This document shows positions 11,990-24,465 of a DNA stretch of 64,000 nt, piece by piece. Below the pieces are notes generated by a model. It ran no database searches and was not told the DNA's origin. It saw only the letters and a program-made list of their open reading frames with translations. The translations under genes were made by a program, and so were the position numbers. Source of the DNA: the human T2T-CHM13v2.0 reference genome, Homo sapiens; assembly GCF_009914755.1 (NCBI RefSeq), contig NC_060927.1; one strand, given 5' to 3'. Within the stretch, counting starts at the first letter, position 1. Each line of letters starts with the position of its first letter.

Positions 11990-13860
11990 CTCATGAGTTC
12001 TTATGGATATTTCCAATTCAAATATTTCTGTTTTTCAAGGACACAAAGAATCAAATGAGAATATTCCACAATGATTCATTTGCTTTCTCCTAGATCACAG
12101 ACACAACCATCTCAGAATAATACTGATAATGCTACCATAACAATTACCTAAAACATTAAAATATTTTTGCCATATCCTTGCATTCTGACCTCCCATTTAC
12201 AAAACTCCTGCAGTATAACTATAGATGGTTGTCATATATTTATATTGTCTGGACATATAGCCATTACAGTCTATATTGTTTCCCTCTTAACTATCATTTA
12301 GTCCTAGCTAAATGATCAGGTGACTACTGATCTCATGCCTACCTCCAGGCCTTTTGTCAATTTCTCTCTAGTCACTTTGATTGTCTGAAGCTTGTTCTTC
12401 AGTAGAGTTCTCAGCAAGGGTTCATGGGAACAATATTCTGAGGTCTTGTATGTTGATAATAGTTCGTGCCTATTTTGAAAGTCATTTTGCTGGAAATAAA
12501 AGCATTGGCTTATACTTTGAGCACATTAAATGTATTTTATTTCTTTTGACATGCAAAGTTGTTCCTGAAAAGTTTAATGAACTTGTGGAAACTTTCTTTC
12601 TACCACAAATCACATGCTTCCCCCTGCCCCCAAGATGCCCAAAGGACTTTTTCTTTAAAGTTCATTAATTTTGTTAAAACTTATCTAATGTCGGTTGTTC
12701 TAGGTTGATGTCTCAGGTACATTGTGTGCTCTTTCAATGTATAGTTCCAAGGGTGTTATTTCAAGCTCGTTTTTAGGAGCATTCTATTTCCTTGCTTTGC
12801 GTTTCTTCTTTAGGGACTCCTATTCTCTAGATGTTCAATTTCTTAATCTTCAATATGTGTCACTTTCTCTTGAATTATTTTTATTTCTGATTTTTTTCTT
12901 CCCCTTCACCTGGTATTTCTCTTAAGATATCAATTGTGTTTATTCACTTTCCTATTCCTTCTAATTTAGACTTGATTTATTAAATGACTTTTTCTATTTC
13001 TAGAGTTTGTTTTTCTAATTCTTTCATGTCTTGTATCATTTTCTTAGTCTCTTAACTTGTTTGATGTAATATGTTATAATTTTGATTTGTTTTATGAGCA
13101 TGTCTTTCCGGCATGTTTTCATTGTTTGTAGGAACATTATTCTATTCCACACCCTCATTTTTCTTATAATAGCTCTGTTATAGGAACTGACCTCTATTCG
13201 TTTCTATTATTCACTTTTACGTGAAATTCATTTTCCTAAGAGAATGAGGCAGGATTTAGAAAACTTTCTAAGCTTCAGAGTTCTCTCTTCGGTTGTTTTT
13301 TCACAGTGTGAAATATGGCGGTTTGCATGATGAGCTTTCCTGCTGTTTCCCTCCCCAGCTGATCTAGACCTAGTCTGTCTTTCCCTTGTCTCTACTGACC
13401 CTATCCTGCTCAATTCTAATTCCTCCAGGCAGTTTCTCCTCAGTATAGGGCCCTGTCCTAGGAGGGAGCCCATGTGGATCCATTTTGAAAGCTCTCAGGG
13501 GCCTTGACGACTCCAGCCTCTGTCTACCTTACTGAGACCATCTAGTTACTACTGTTAGAGAATGTGATAGCCCAACTCCAGTTCTAAGGATGTTTTCAAA
13601 AACATTCCAACTATACTTTTCAGGGAATACCGTTGACTAATCTTCAGGTCCATCCGATGCTACTCCATTGCTTCCTTTTTCCTGCTGCATATACTTGTGG
13701 TATTGGTGGTTTGTCTCTGCCCACTTGTAATTTTAGATTTGCTGTAAATGTGTCTCTGGGTTTTTGGTTTTGTTATTTAATTGTTCTGCCTGTTTCTATG
13801 TAGGGATTTGGAGGGATTGAAAGATTATGCTTGTGATGTCAGTGCCATCTTCTAGGAATT
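11990..13860 (-). mobile_element. Ancient L1 ORF1-type element (HAL1/L1M-like)
   Basis: Long T-rich tract with antisense ORF1-type motifs (ttgaaagtcattttgctggaaataaa; tagggactcctatt). Confidence 0.5.
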
Positions 13861-14078
13861 GCATTTTATCTGATCTTCTATCTTTGTTGATTAGTAAAGT
13901 GTCTAGCATATTACCAAGGAATAGGAGAAACATGATCTAGGTAGATTTTGATATTGTTTTCTGTAGGGGCTTCTTAAGCTGACTAGGAACTGTCCATGAG
14001 TCAAACAATGTAGCTTAGAATTATCAAAATGAACAACCTATATCACAACTCCTATATGAGTCAGATGATATCTGAAAC

Positions 14079-14249
14079 CATGGTTCTTAACCTTCCCTGG
14101 CTGTAGAGTTTTGTCTAAAAAAAAAAACCTCCAAAAAAACTGCCTACATGCATGTTATTTGCATACAATTTCACATGACATTTCAGAGAGTTTTCAGATG
14201 CCTTGAAACCCATCCATAAACCCCTAGAGACCTGAGTTAGGAAACTCTG
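14079..14249. mobile_element. MER103C-like (hAT-Charlie)
   Basis: ggttcttaacctt...tttgcatacaatttca...tgaaacccatccat...gttaggaaactctg. Confidence 0.6.
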
Positions 14250-14619
14250 GTCAGGGATGATTAAGTATTAATAATGAGGGCAGATTAAAGGCTGATAAAG
14301 TGGTATGCTTAGTATCTTAGTGGTATTGGGAGTTGGTTTTAGCAATGATATCTATAGCATCTACCTATCAAATGTTAAGATAACTCTACTTGGCTCCTCA
14401 GAGCCAGCCAGGCAATCAAGGGACAGAGAAAGGGCAGTGGAGTTGGTTGGAAAAGTTAAAGGAAAGAAAGTGGTTCTAGGATACCAAAGCAACCAGCTTA
14501 AGTAGGGCAGATGGACACAAGATAAACAAGGGGCCATATTGGAATCATGAGGCTGGAGGAAACCTGAGAGTTCATCTGATCTATATCCTTGGATCTTAAT
14601 ACAGAAGAAAGTCGAAACC

Positions 14620-14764
14620 CAGTGTTTCCCTAAGTGTAGTCTCCCGACCAGCTGCATCAGAATTTCCTCTTGTGCTTGTTAAATACCATTCCTGGGGCCT
14701 TGAAGCTAATATCCTTGGGCAGGACCTAGTAATCTGCATTTCAACAATGCTCTGAAAACCACTG
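14620..14764. mobile_element. MER5-family MITE
   Basis: cagtgtttcc...gcatcagaat...gcttgttaaa...aatctgcatttcaacaa...aaaccactg. Confidence 0.7.
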
Positions 14765-15391
14765 GAGCAGAATGGTATCTGGTCTCTTGAAAGGCTCTGA
14801 GTTGGGAAGTGTTGCATCTATGAACTGCATAGTGCCATGGTAACAATATAAATTTTACCACTATTAGGTCTTTATAACTTTTCCCTTTGGACACACAGAT
14901 CAAAAGATTTCCAGGGATCTTTGCCACCTACCAGATACAGATAAAATCCATTTGTGCCATATGGATAGTGTTACATTTGGCTCAAGTTGTTTTGAAAGAA
15001 AACATTTCTGGCGAAGAATGCTGCTGCCACTTGCATAGAGTGAGCCTTGGCTTTTAGTGGCTTTCTGGTTAGAGGAAGTGCCACCAGACCTAGATGCCCT
15101 CTGTTAGCTTGTGGTGACTTTGACAACAGGCCTTTGAAGGTCACTTCCCTGACAATTTGTTGGAGAAATGAACTCTGAGAAGCAACTGTGCTCCTCCGTT
15201 CCAAGTCTTCTCTCTGGTTTGGGGAAAAATTTCCACTTGATTTCTGCTCCCAACACTGACTGGATGTAGTCCTATAAGCACTAGAGTTTTAGCTAGCTAC
15301 CCCAGAGCTCACACTTAAGATAAGGGTGGCAGCTCATCCCATACTCCCTGGGGCTGGGTCCCCCGCTTGGCTCCCAAAATGGAGTGTGTGC

Positions 15392-15446
15392 CTGAGAATG
15401 ATGGTATCCAGCTTCATCCATGTCCGTGCAGAGGACATGAACTCAT
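15392..15446 (-). mobile_element. Isolated 55-bp L1PA internal fragment
   Basis: ctgagaatgatggtatccagcttcatccatgtccgtgcagaggacatgaactcat, homologous to the L1PA segment at about 17033-17087. Confidence 0.85.
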
Positions 15447-15772
15447 GGGCAAGGATCCCAGGGAGATGCATAATCATCTCCTGCCTCTGAAAAGATAGGA
15501 ACCATTATGTCTGCACCAGCAACTGCAGTGTAGGCCCCACAGGTTCGGATTCTCAGAGCACTAAGTCAAAGAGGAAACTACCTTCAGTGCTTACACGGGG
15601 AGGAAGACGGCAAACACAAAACGCAAAGGGCTGGGGGTCTAGCTGCTGTGACTGCTGCTCAGTTTGAGCCAAAGTCTTCAAAGCTTTATGCCTAGATTTT
15701 TCTCATTACTAAGGAGATGCTAGATGCTGTGTTAGATCTGGTTTGGTAATTATTTGGAGATTGTAATTATTT

Positions 15773-16151
15773 TGTCTATTAGTTTCATAGGGCTGCCATA
15801 ACAAAGTACACAAACTGAGTGACTTAAAACTGCAAATTTATTGTCTCAGTTCTAGAGGCTAAATCCAATATTTCTGAAGGCTCTGAGGCCAGCAATCCTT
15901 GGTGTTCCCTGGCTGGTAGACGCATCGCTCCAATCTCTATTTCTGTCTTCACAGGGTGTTCTATGTCTTGACATGATCACCTTCTTACAAGCAAACCAGT
16001 GATGTCAGCTTAGGGGCCCGCCCTGTTCCAGCACGACCTTGTCTTAACTACATATATAAGTGAACCTATTTGCAAATAAGGTTGCATTTGAGGTACTGGG
16101 GGTTAGGACTTCAACATGCCTTTGTTGGAAGAAACAGTTCAGCTCAGAACA
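15773..16151 (-). mobile_element. MaLR solo LTR (MLT1C-like, internally deleted)
   Basis: attagtttcatagggctgccataacaaagtac...gaggtactgggggttaggacttcaaca. Confidence 0.85.
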
Positions 16152-16199
16152 CCTTGCTACTTCTAAGTAATCCCAAGTTTTCTGTATTTTTTTTAATTG

Positions 16200-16390
16200 T
16201 AGCAGTTAAAAGACAAGCTGAGTTTGAAGCATAGCTCTGTACTTATTATCTACAAGTAGGCAAACTTCCTGAGCTCTTTGACCACAAAAAATGGAACTAA
16301 CTAACAGGAGTGGCCTCATACAGGAGAAGATATACTTTCTAGCACAGTTCTGGGCACATAATAAGCATTCTATAAACGTTAGCTAACATT
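16200..16390 (+). mobile_element. MIR fragment
   Basis: gtagcagttaaaaga...tagcacagttctgggcacataataagc. Confidence 0.55.
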
Positions 16391-16762
16391 TTTTTCACTG
16401 TGTCCCTTGAGTTACAGGTTTCAGAGATATATTTCAACCATCCCAAGTCAATTTACTAATATAACACCTTCCACATGCCCTGCAGTGTTCATAACATTCT
16501 TCTTCTGGCTTCTGGAGCCCTAGGAAAAATATTGCCAAGTTTTTCCCTGAAGGTTTGCTTCTCTTCTCAGAGCAGTGCCCCACATAGAGGTACCAGGGAG
16601 GCACTGCTCATTGTTTCATGACTGATGTCACAGTTTCACAGCAAGATTTCAAGTGAGAACTTACACAATTAGGGTCCTGCCATAGGAATGACCCATGTTT
16701 CCACACAAGTGAGGTGTTTACTTAGAAGGTGGGTGTCTTCATGTTGGGCATCAGATTTTTAA

Positions 16763-17125
16763 ATTTTTTTATTACACTTTAAGTTCTGGGATTCATGTGC
16801 AGAATGTGCAGGCTACATAGGTATACACGTGCCATGGTGGTTTGCTGCATCCATCAACCCGTTATCTACATTAGGTATTTCTCCTAATGCTATCCCTCCC
16901 CTAAATCCCCCACCACTCAACGGGCCCCAGTGTGTGATGTTCCCCTCCCTGGGTCCATGTGTTCCCATTGTTCAGCTCCCACTTATGAGTGAGAACATGC
17001 GGTGTTTGGTTTTCTGTTCCTATGTTAGTTTGCTGAGAATGATGCTGTTCAGCTTCATCCATGTCCCTGCAAAGGACATGAACTCATCCTTTTTTATGGC
17101 TGCGTAGTATTTCATGGTATATATG
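16763..17125 (-). mobile_element. 5'-truncated L1PA (about 360 bp of the 3' end) with TSD
   Basis: Antisense L1PA 3' UTR (ttattacactttaagttctggg...catgtgcagaatgtgcagg). TSD gggcat(c/t)agattttta at 16746-16761 and 17126-17141, with a TT/AAAA endonuclease site on the minus strand. Confidence 0.92.
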
Positions 17126-17160
17126 GGGCATTAGATTTTTAATGTCACCTTAGAGCAGCC

Positions 17161-17460
17161 TTTGTTTTTATTTAAGAAAAAAAACAGGGTCTTGCTCTGT
17201 CACTAGGCTGGAGTCCAGTGACAATCATGGCTCACTGCAGCCTCGACCTCCTGAGCTCAAGCAATCCTCCCCCCTCAGCCTCTCGAGTAGCTGGGACTAC
17301 AGGCATGTGCCATGATACCCAGTGAATTTTTAATTTTTTTTGTAGGGACAGGGTTTTGTCATGTTGCCCAGGCTGGTCTCGAACTCCTGTGCTCAAGCAA
17401 TTCTCCCGCCTTAGCCTCCCAAGGTGCTGGGATTATAGGCATGAGTCACCAGGGCCTGCC
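17161..17460 (-). mobile_element. AluJ
   Basis: J-type catggctcactgcagcctcgacctcctgagctcaagcaatcctccc. Confidence 0.9.
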
Positions 17461-17882
17461 TAGAACTCCCCTTTCTTATGTTTGTTTCTCCGGTCCCTGG
17501 GTGTTCTTGAGGCCACCTTCTAACTTTCCCAAACTCTATGGACTCCTGGCCATTTAGCAAATTCGTTAGAATGCATGCCCTGCAGCTCTTTTAGGGAACA
17601 AAATGAATACACACACACTTCCCACCCCAGCAATGTTGACTGTAACCCATTGAGTTTGTTATACGAATCCAGGTATGTAACACTGGGTTATTTTTGAGCT
17701 ATGGAATGAAGACTGTTCAGGAGACTTCAGAAACTTATTTTCTTTGAGCAGACACAAGGAGAGCCCTTTGTCTTTATAGGGTCACATGTCACAAATCTCT
17801 TCTCCTCCTAGACATACTTTTTTCCTCAGATGTAGTCCCTTTGAAGCCTTTTTAAAACATCTGGCCTCTACCTAGAACTACA

Positions 17883-18192
<310 letters not shown>

Positions 18193-18334
18193 AGAAATAC
18201 ATTTTACAATTGTTACTTAGTACATGCCTCAACATTTTCTCAACCACACACATATAACTCTAAAATCCTTCTGTGATGCACTTAGATATATTCTGTTCCA
18301 TTCCATTTGTCTTCTACTCTGTTTATACTGGACA

Positions 18335-18698
18335 TTGCTAGCTAGTATCTGCCAATATCCAGCTCTCTTCTTTCAGGTGCCTGAAGTAGGTGCGGCTCTA
18401 GGACTAATTCTGGCCAATGTGCTATGGTTATAAAGGGATAGCATCACTTCTACACTGAAACACAGGAAGCCAGCAGGCTGACCCTCTCCCTGTTACAGTG
18501 ACCCAGGGAGGCCTCCGGTGAAGGTGGTAAAGCCACAGATCAGAGCTGTTTGCATCACTAAGTTGCTACATGGAGGACATTTGCCCTAGAGAATCACCAC
18601 ATCCTTAGCAGCCTTTGAGAGAAAATAAAACTTTGCTTGATGAGCCACTAAGAGTTTAGAAATGTTTACCACAGTGTAGTCTAACCTATTCTAATACA
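18335..18698 (+). mobile_element. Old MaLR LTR (MLT1I/J-like), apparently inserted into a hAT-Charlie remnant
   Basis: ttctggccaatg...aataaaactttg...gagccactaagagttt...ctaataca. The flank at 18700-18790 (tgacccattatgggtagtcacatacagtttaaaaa) resembles a Charlie end. Confidence 0.65.
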
Positions 18699-19199
18699 GT
18701 ATTCTATTTCATTAAAAAAAATGCTGGTTCTGAGTTACCTAAATGATTCCATGACCCATTATGGGTAGTCACATACAGTTTAAAAATCATTCTCCCACAG
18801 AATTGGCCACATCTGTAGCACCAAAGTGGAGACAGGGAGCACCACAGAAGACGGAGAGCACATACTAGCACTGCCTTCCCTCAGGGTCCCAACTCTTTGG
18901 GATGAGTTGACTTGAGGACTACACAGTGTGTGTGACTACAGAGAGTTAGATTGCAAATGCTTTGGCAGGGGAGGCAGCAGGGACTAGTCCAAAACTGAGT
19001 GGTGGACTTTAGATCAAGATTCAGGCCTCATGGATCCTGTGTTTTGTCAATAGGCCTATGTGCCTTGAGAATCCAGACTACAAGTGCATCCTACTTTTAT
19101 TAAAAGAAACTGCAGTACAAAGGCATGATTGCTGCTACTTTGCTCAAGTGGTTGAGATCAGAGGCCTCCATCACGGTTACGTCCTTGCTAGATACTAGA

Positions 19200-19789
19200 A
19201 CTGCACTGTCCTCCACTGATCCTGCCCCACTTACCTTTCCTATCTCATTCCCCACACCGTTTCACAAACTTTAGTTTCTGATAAAGGGGAATCAGGCTCA
19301 ATGTCACTTATGTTTCACTATCTCTCTGGGCCTTTGCAAATGCTGTTCCCTCCATTTGGACAGCTTTTCCTTTCAGCTTGGCACTTGGAAATCCTAAATC
19401 CATTCAATATAGCTCTACTGTCATTGCCTGTGAAGTACTATTGATCTTTTAGTTACCACTCTCTTAGGACTTGTCACTCTCTCTTACATTCTAATTATTC
19501 AAGTACAGTTCTCTTCCTGTTGCACTTTGAACCAGAGTTGCTTCTCTTACCTTTATTCATGGTGGGGTTCCACATCAGCAATAACCACAACACATACCCC
19601 CCCAAACCCACAACCCACTCAGAAAAATAAGATTTACTAAGGTTGACCTGGAAGGCCTTTCTAGACTATTGAGTTTCCAATACCCACCAAATACTTTACA
19701 GACTTTTATCTTTGCATGTTTTGTTCCTATTACCAGAAATGTCCTTCTTCACTTTGTCTTTCTGGGAAGCCCCATTTATGCTTGAAGCC
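19200..19789 (+). mobile_element. L2 fragments
   Basis: gggcctttgcaaatgctgttccctc; tttgcatgttttgttcctatt. Confidence 0.6.
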
Positions 19790-20229
19790 TGTTGCATAGA
19801 TTGCTACTTACCTACTCAATATCCAGTCTCCCTCTCCTCCTTACAATATAAGCCTGAATCTATGGAGGTGTTCTATTTCCTCAGAATGGGTGGCCAATGA
19901 AATAGAAGTTCTTGAGTGGAATTCTAGAGAAGCCTCTCAGAGCATCAATTCTGCCCTTTCTGCCTTCCTGTCTGGAATTGTAATGGTAATGGACTCTCTG
20001 GAGCTCCAGCAGCCATTTTGGGCCCAAGAAGCAAACTTGAGGATAGAAGCTATATAAAAAGATAAAGAAGAAAGATAGGACTGTGGTGGCATCATGGAGC
20101 TCTGTTAACCATACATAGATTGTCTAATACCAGACTTCTTTTAGTGAGATTAAACACCACTATTTTCATTAATCCATGGTTATTTGGATTTTCCTGTTAT
20201 ACATAGTCAGACATAATCCTAATGGATAC
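19790..20229 (+). mobile_element. Old MaLR LTR (MLT1J/K-like) interrupting L2
   Basis: tggccaatga...ctggagctccagcagccattttg...ccagacttctt...aatcctaatggatac. Confidence 0.7.
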
Positions 20230-20482
20230 TGGATCCAGGACCCAATTCAAATAGTACCTCTTCTTTGTCACTATTCCTGTGACAAACACAGGAATTTCTT
20301 CACTGGGGTTTCCACAGACCTTTCTGTTTCCATTGATTATATCAGAATTATTTGACTATATATCTCCTCTCTTGTTAGACTGTGAGCTCCTTGAGGGAGG
20401 GGCAAGTCTCTTTCCTCTTTGTTTCCACAAATGCTTAATGCCCAGTAGGCAGAAATGAGTCTCCTCAATGTTTGTTGAATTG
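20230..20482 (+). mobile_element. L2 3' end
   Basis: tagactgtgagctccttgagggagggg...ctcaatgtttgttgaat. Confidence 0.7.
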
Positions 20483-22440
20483 AGACTTGAAAGGGATTTA
20501 GGGCTTTATGTTAACATACAAATTCTTCTGGGAAAGGTATTATCTGAAACCTCCACCTTATTTTGGACTTAGTTGATAGTAATATAGTCAGGAAATGGCA
20601 CAAGACGGTGGCCTTAGGGACAGGGGTGTAGGAGACGGGTGGGCACTGGGCTGGACACTGGAAGGAAAGGTGGGAAAAACAGCAGCCATGGATCTCAGCC
20701 TGTCTGGATTTCCCTAGGGCAGTTCTTGTTTGCCCTTATACTTTCCTGTATATACAATCTCACTCCCCCTGGAAAGCCCTAGAGGAGACTGCCTGCACTA
20801 GAAATGCTTTACATTGCCCTCCAGCCTCACTGAGAGGCAAAGCTGCTCTCCTGAGACTGGGTATCACAGATAACTGGCTCCTCAGGCATATCTGTGAGTC
20901 TCTCCTGCAAGCCCCAACCCTGTCCCCTTGGTCCTCCCAAACCACTTTGGAAGGGTGCGTCACTCTTGAGTTGCAAGATTAAATGAATGTGTGTTTGGAT
21001 AAGATGGTTTCAGGCCCAAGATCAAAGCCTTCACTGGCTGAGGTCTAGACCCCTTTCAGAGTGAGTATAAAACCTCCCTTTGGGGTGAATTATGAGTGCA
21101 AACGGAAAGTCCTGCCCATATCCACCATATCAACACATCTTCTCAGGAGTAGAGCTCAGATGGCTCCTTGTAAACTGGCATGGCTGAGAAAATGGAAAGA
21201 TGTACTTTCTATTAAAACCACTCAAGTTTTATTGGCACGAACAGGTATGATCCTTTGGTTAAATAAAACCACTAGAGAGCAAATTAAACCATGACTCATG
21301 ATATGATCATTCTCTCCTTGTAAAAATAATGTTTTGGTAGTTTGTTGTGTGTCCACTTTAATAAATAGTTCCAGGACCTTTTTTTTTTTTTTAATTTGGT
21401 AAGTCACAGATCCAGATTTAAGCCAAACCCGTGGCAGGAGCTGTCCTGCTTGCCTTGCCACAGAAAAGCAAGAGAAAGCATCGAGTCGTTATACTATTTC
21501 ACCCTCCTAAATCAAACCTTCCATTTACTTACGATTATTTACCATTGCTTTGTAACTGTGAACAGGCAGCTGAGTGGAGCTGGAAGTCTATTCATTCTTT
21601 AAAGTGACATAAAGTGGCACTTGGAGTCCCAAATGATAATTGTTCTTTTCTCCTTGTTAATATCCAACTGCTGTTAGGAGTTCTGTGAAAGAAGATTCAT
21701 TTAATGCCAGCTCCAGAAATTTCTGTGGGATTTGGCCCTTTCTATTTTTTTTTTTTTTTGAAACCAAATTTGAAATCACCCTCAGGAATTGGGAAGGCTG
21801 AATTGATTGTGACCTTCAGCCAGAATTCGTCTCTAAATATTTTAGCAGGATGGAGAATTTTCCCTCATTTATATCCCACTACTACCGTAGTGGCCATGGG
21901 TGGGAAGTATTCTAAAATATAATATAATATAATACCAGTTTCTAAAATATAATTTCTTTGTAGACATTTTTAACTCAACCTGAGTCTTAGGAAACTAGAA
22001 TTTAGAAAGGAAACTGGATCTTATGAGATTTCCACTTCAACCTAATAGTACCTCAGTGTCTAAACATTCTCCTAATCATTTAAATACTTTTTCAAAAAAC
22101 TTGAAGTCTTATGGGAACCAGCCTGCAATGCTGGGAGGGTCCCTGCTGTTCAGTCACGTGTTCAGGGGCTTCCCCTACCCCACAATGAAGTCGTCGTTTA
22201 TGGGTAATCTTCCAAGCCCAGCAATACTTATGACAAAATGATACAGACAGCTCTATATGAAGTTTCAAATACCTTTGATATTCCTATTGATATATCACAA
22301 ATGGGGCTAGGGAAGGTAAATATGTGCTGATATCAATGGTTCTTTCCACACTATTCCATCCATACTATGGATGAGCTCCTGCTATTCTTGTCCCCAAAGT
22401 CTATTCAACTCTCTGATGTTCTGGCTCAAAACTATACTAT

Positions 22441-22638
22441 ATATTTTTAAATCTAGGATACATGTGCAGAACGTCAGGTTTGTCACATAGGTACACACGT
22501 GCCATGGTGGTTTGCTGCTCCCATCAACCTGTCTTTTACATTAGGTATCTCTCCTAATGCTAGCCCTCTCCTAGCCCCCCACACCCCAACAGGCCCTGGT
22601 GTGTGATGTTCCCTGCCCTGTGTCCATGTGTTCTCATT
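22441..22638 (-). mobile_element. 5'-truncated L1PA (about 200 bp) with degenerate TSD
   Basis: ggatacatgtgcagaacg...gtgtgatgttccctgccctgtgtccatgtgttctcatt; TSD aaaactatactat (22428-22440) and agaactacactat (22639-22651). Confidence 0.88.
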
Positions 22639-22654
22639 AGAACTACACTATTAA

Positions 22655-22880
22655 TGGTGTCTGGCATTTGTATTGGAAGCTCTGTGCTAAGTACTTTACA
22701 TGAAAAATCTCCTTTAATCCTAGGAGATAGTTTTATCATTATCCTCATTTTATGGGTCTGGAAACTGAGGCATGGGGAGGCAAAGGAGCCAGCCATGGCT
22801 ACATAAGTATGAAGTGGTGAAGCCAGGATGTGAACATAGGCTGCAGCACTGTAGTCTAACATGCCCCCTCTTTAACTCTG
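22655..22880 (-). mobile_element. MIR
   Basis: ctctgtgctaagtactttacatg...atcctcattttat...gaaactgaggcatgg. Confidence 0.75.
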
Positions 22881-24441
22881 GAGCTCAGTGCAGCATGATC
22901 CCTTCCCTAGGCTTGAAAAGAGTTTACAGAGCCTCCTCTGAGAAAAGACCTCCACTTCTCTGCATTCTCTGAGGATGCTTCAGCAGCATCATACCTGAGG
23001 CTGTCAACCCAGTTGACAATAACTTGGGAGCTCAGTGGCATGATTCATGGGGCTCGGATTGGTTGGGAGCAGAACTAGCTGCAATTTGTTAGTAAAGATT
23101 TTCTATGGCGGGGAGGGGTTATTAGAGACTTCCATTTGCAATGGTTGCAGTGTTAATATTTTTGCCACAGGTGTCCAGGTTGTTTTAAGGAAAAAGAAGG
23201 GGAGAGGACCATGGAACAGGAGCTGAGAACTCTTTCTCCCTGCTTTCTATTAAAGTTTTGAGGAGGTTCTATTCATGAGCCGGGTGTTTTGAGCATTTTA
23301 GTAATTAGAATACAGTTGAGGAAGTATGGGATGTGGTTTATAAACCAGAGCCTAGGAAAGGCTGGAATATCAGGGTTAGTAATATGCCCAGAGCTGAAAG
23401 ATTCTCTTCTCTTTCAACCAAAAAAAGGGAGGTCAAGGTCATGGAAAAGGTGATGGTTTTAGAGGCTGGGAAATTTTCATATTCCATATGCCATCTGCTG
23501 ACTGAATGCTAGTTATTTTCTCCTAATTGGGCTTCCTTTTTCTGTTGCTGATTTTAAGAGTGCTTTCGAAGGAGGGTATATGTGTGCTCTGGAGGCAGTA
23601 GTGGTAGGAAGGGGTGGGGGTCTCAATAAACCTTCCCAGGACCTACTTGAGAGCTTTGGTAAAGCCTTGGGCTGGTGCACACAGACCTGATGGACATACA
23701 GGCTGTGACCTTCCTGCAGATTTGGAGAAGGCCAAGCCAAGCATTTCAGAGCTCCTTCTATTGGCTTTGCAGGGTCACAGGAGCCCGATGCCATTCAGAG
23801 CTCTTGGAATAAATCTGACATTCTGAAAGGAGTCCAAGGCATTCTCAGTACAGGCAGAGGCCAGGGTCTCCCAGATCATTCTTGTTTACTGCCTGGTGAC
23901 ATTCCTTCCAAATCCCAACCTGCCTTTCAGCTGGGGCCTCACAGAATGTTCTTGCTCAGACTAAAGCTGCCATTGTTTTGTGCTGTGGGGCTATGTTCTT
24001 TTCTGTTGATTCTTCCCAGTTTAGGGATGTGGCTCTAGATCTAGGTGGAGCTGGAAAGCAATCACACCAGATTTCAATGCCTGCAGATAACCCTCAGAAT
24101 GGCATCTTCTGGTGCTTTCCCCAGGAAGCAAATAACTCAGATTAACACCAAACTTTTTAGCATAATACTTCCTAGTGTCTGACAGACTGTGAAACTGGTA
24201 CCAGTGCAGGTCACCTTTGGGTCATGATAGCCCATGTCATTAGGAATCTTAAAGCAAAATGAGGCTCCACTAGTTCTGGACCTCACGAGGTGTGCGTCAG
24301 CAAAACTCTCCATGTCTCAGACCCTTCTCTGTCTCAGTACCTTGGTCACCACTGTCCCTACGTACCTTTTCCTCAGTAATTCAGAACTCAAAGCTTGGAT
24401 TATCTGAGACACTTTCCCTCCTCCTTCCTTCTGGTCCCACT

Positions 24442-24465
24442 TGTGTGTGTGTGTGTGTGTGTGTG
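24442..24465 (+). repeat. (TG)12 microsatellite
   Basis: Uninterrupted tg run. Confidence 0.9.

Noticed and set aside
19805-19815. TAG|GTAAGT on the minus strand as a recursive site (similar hits near 19230 and 39410)
   Set aside because: The upstream sequence is purine-rich with no polypyrimidine tract.
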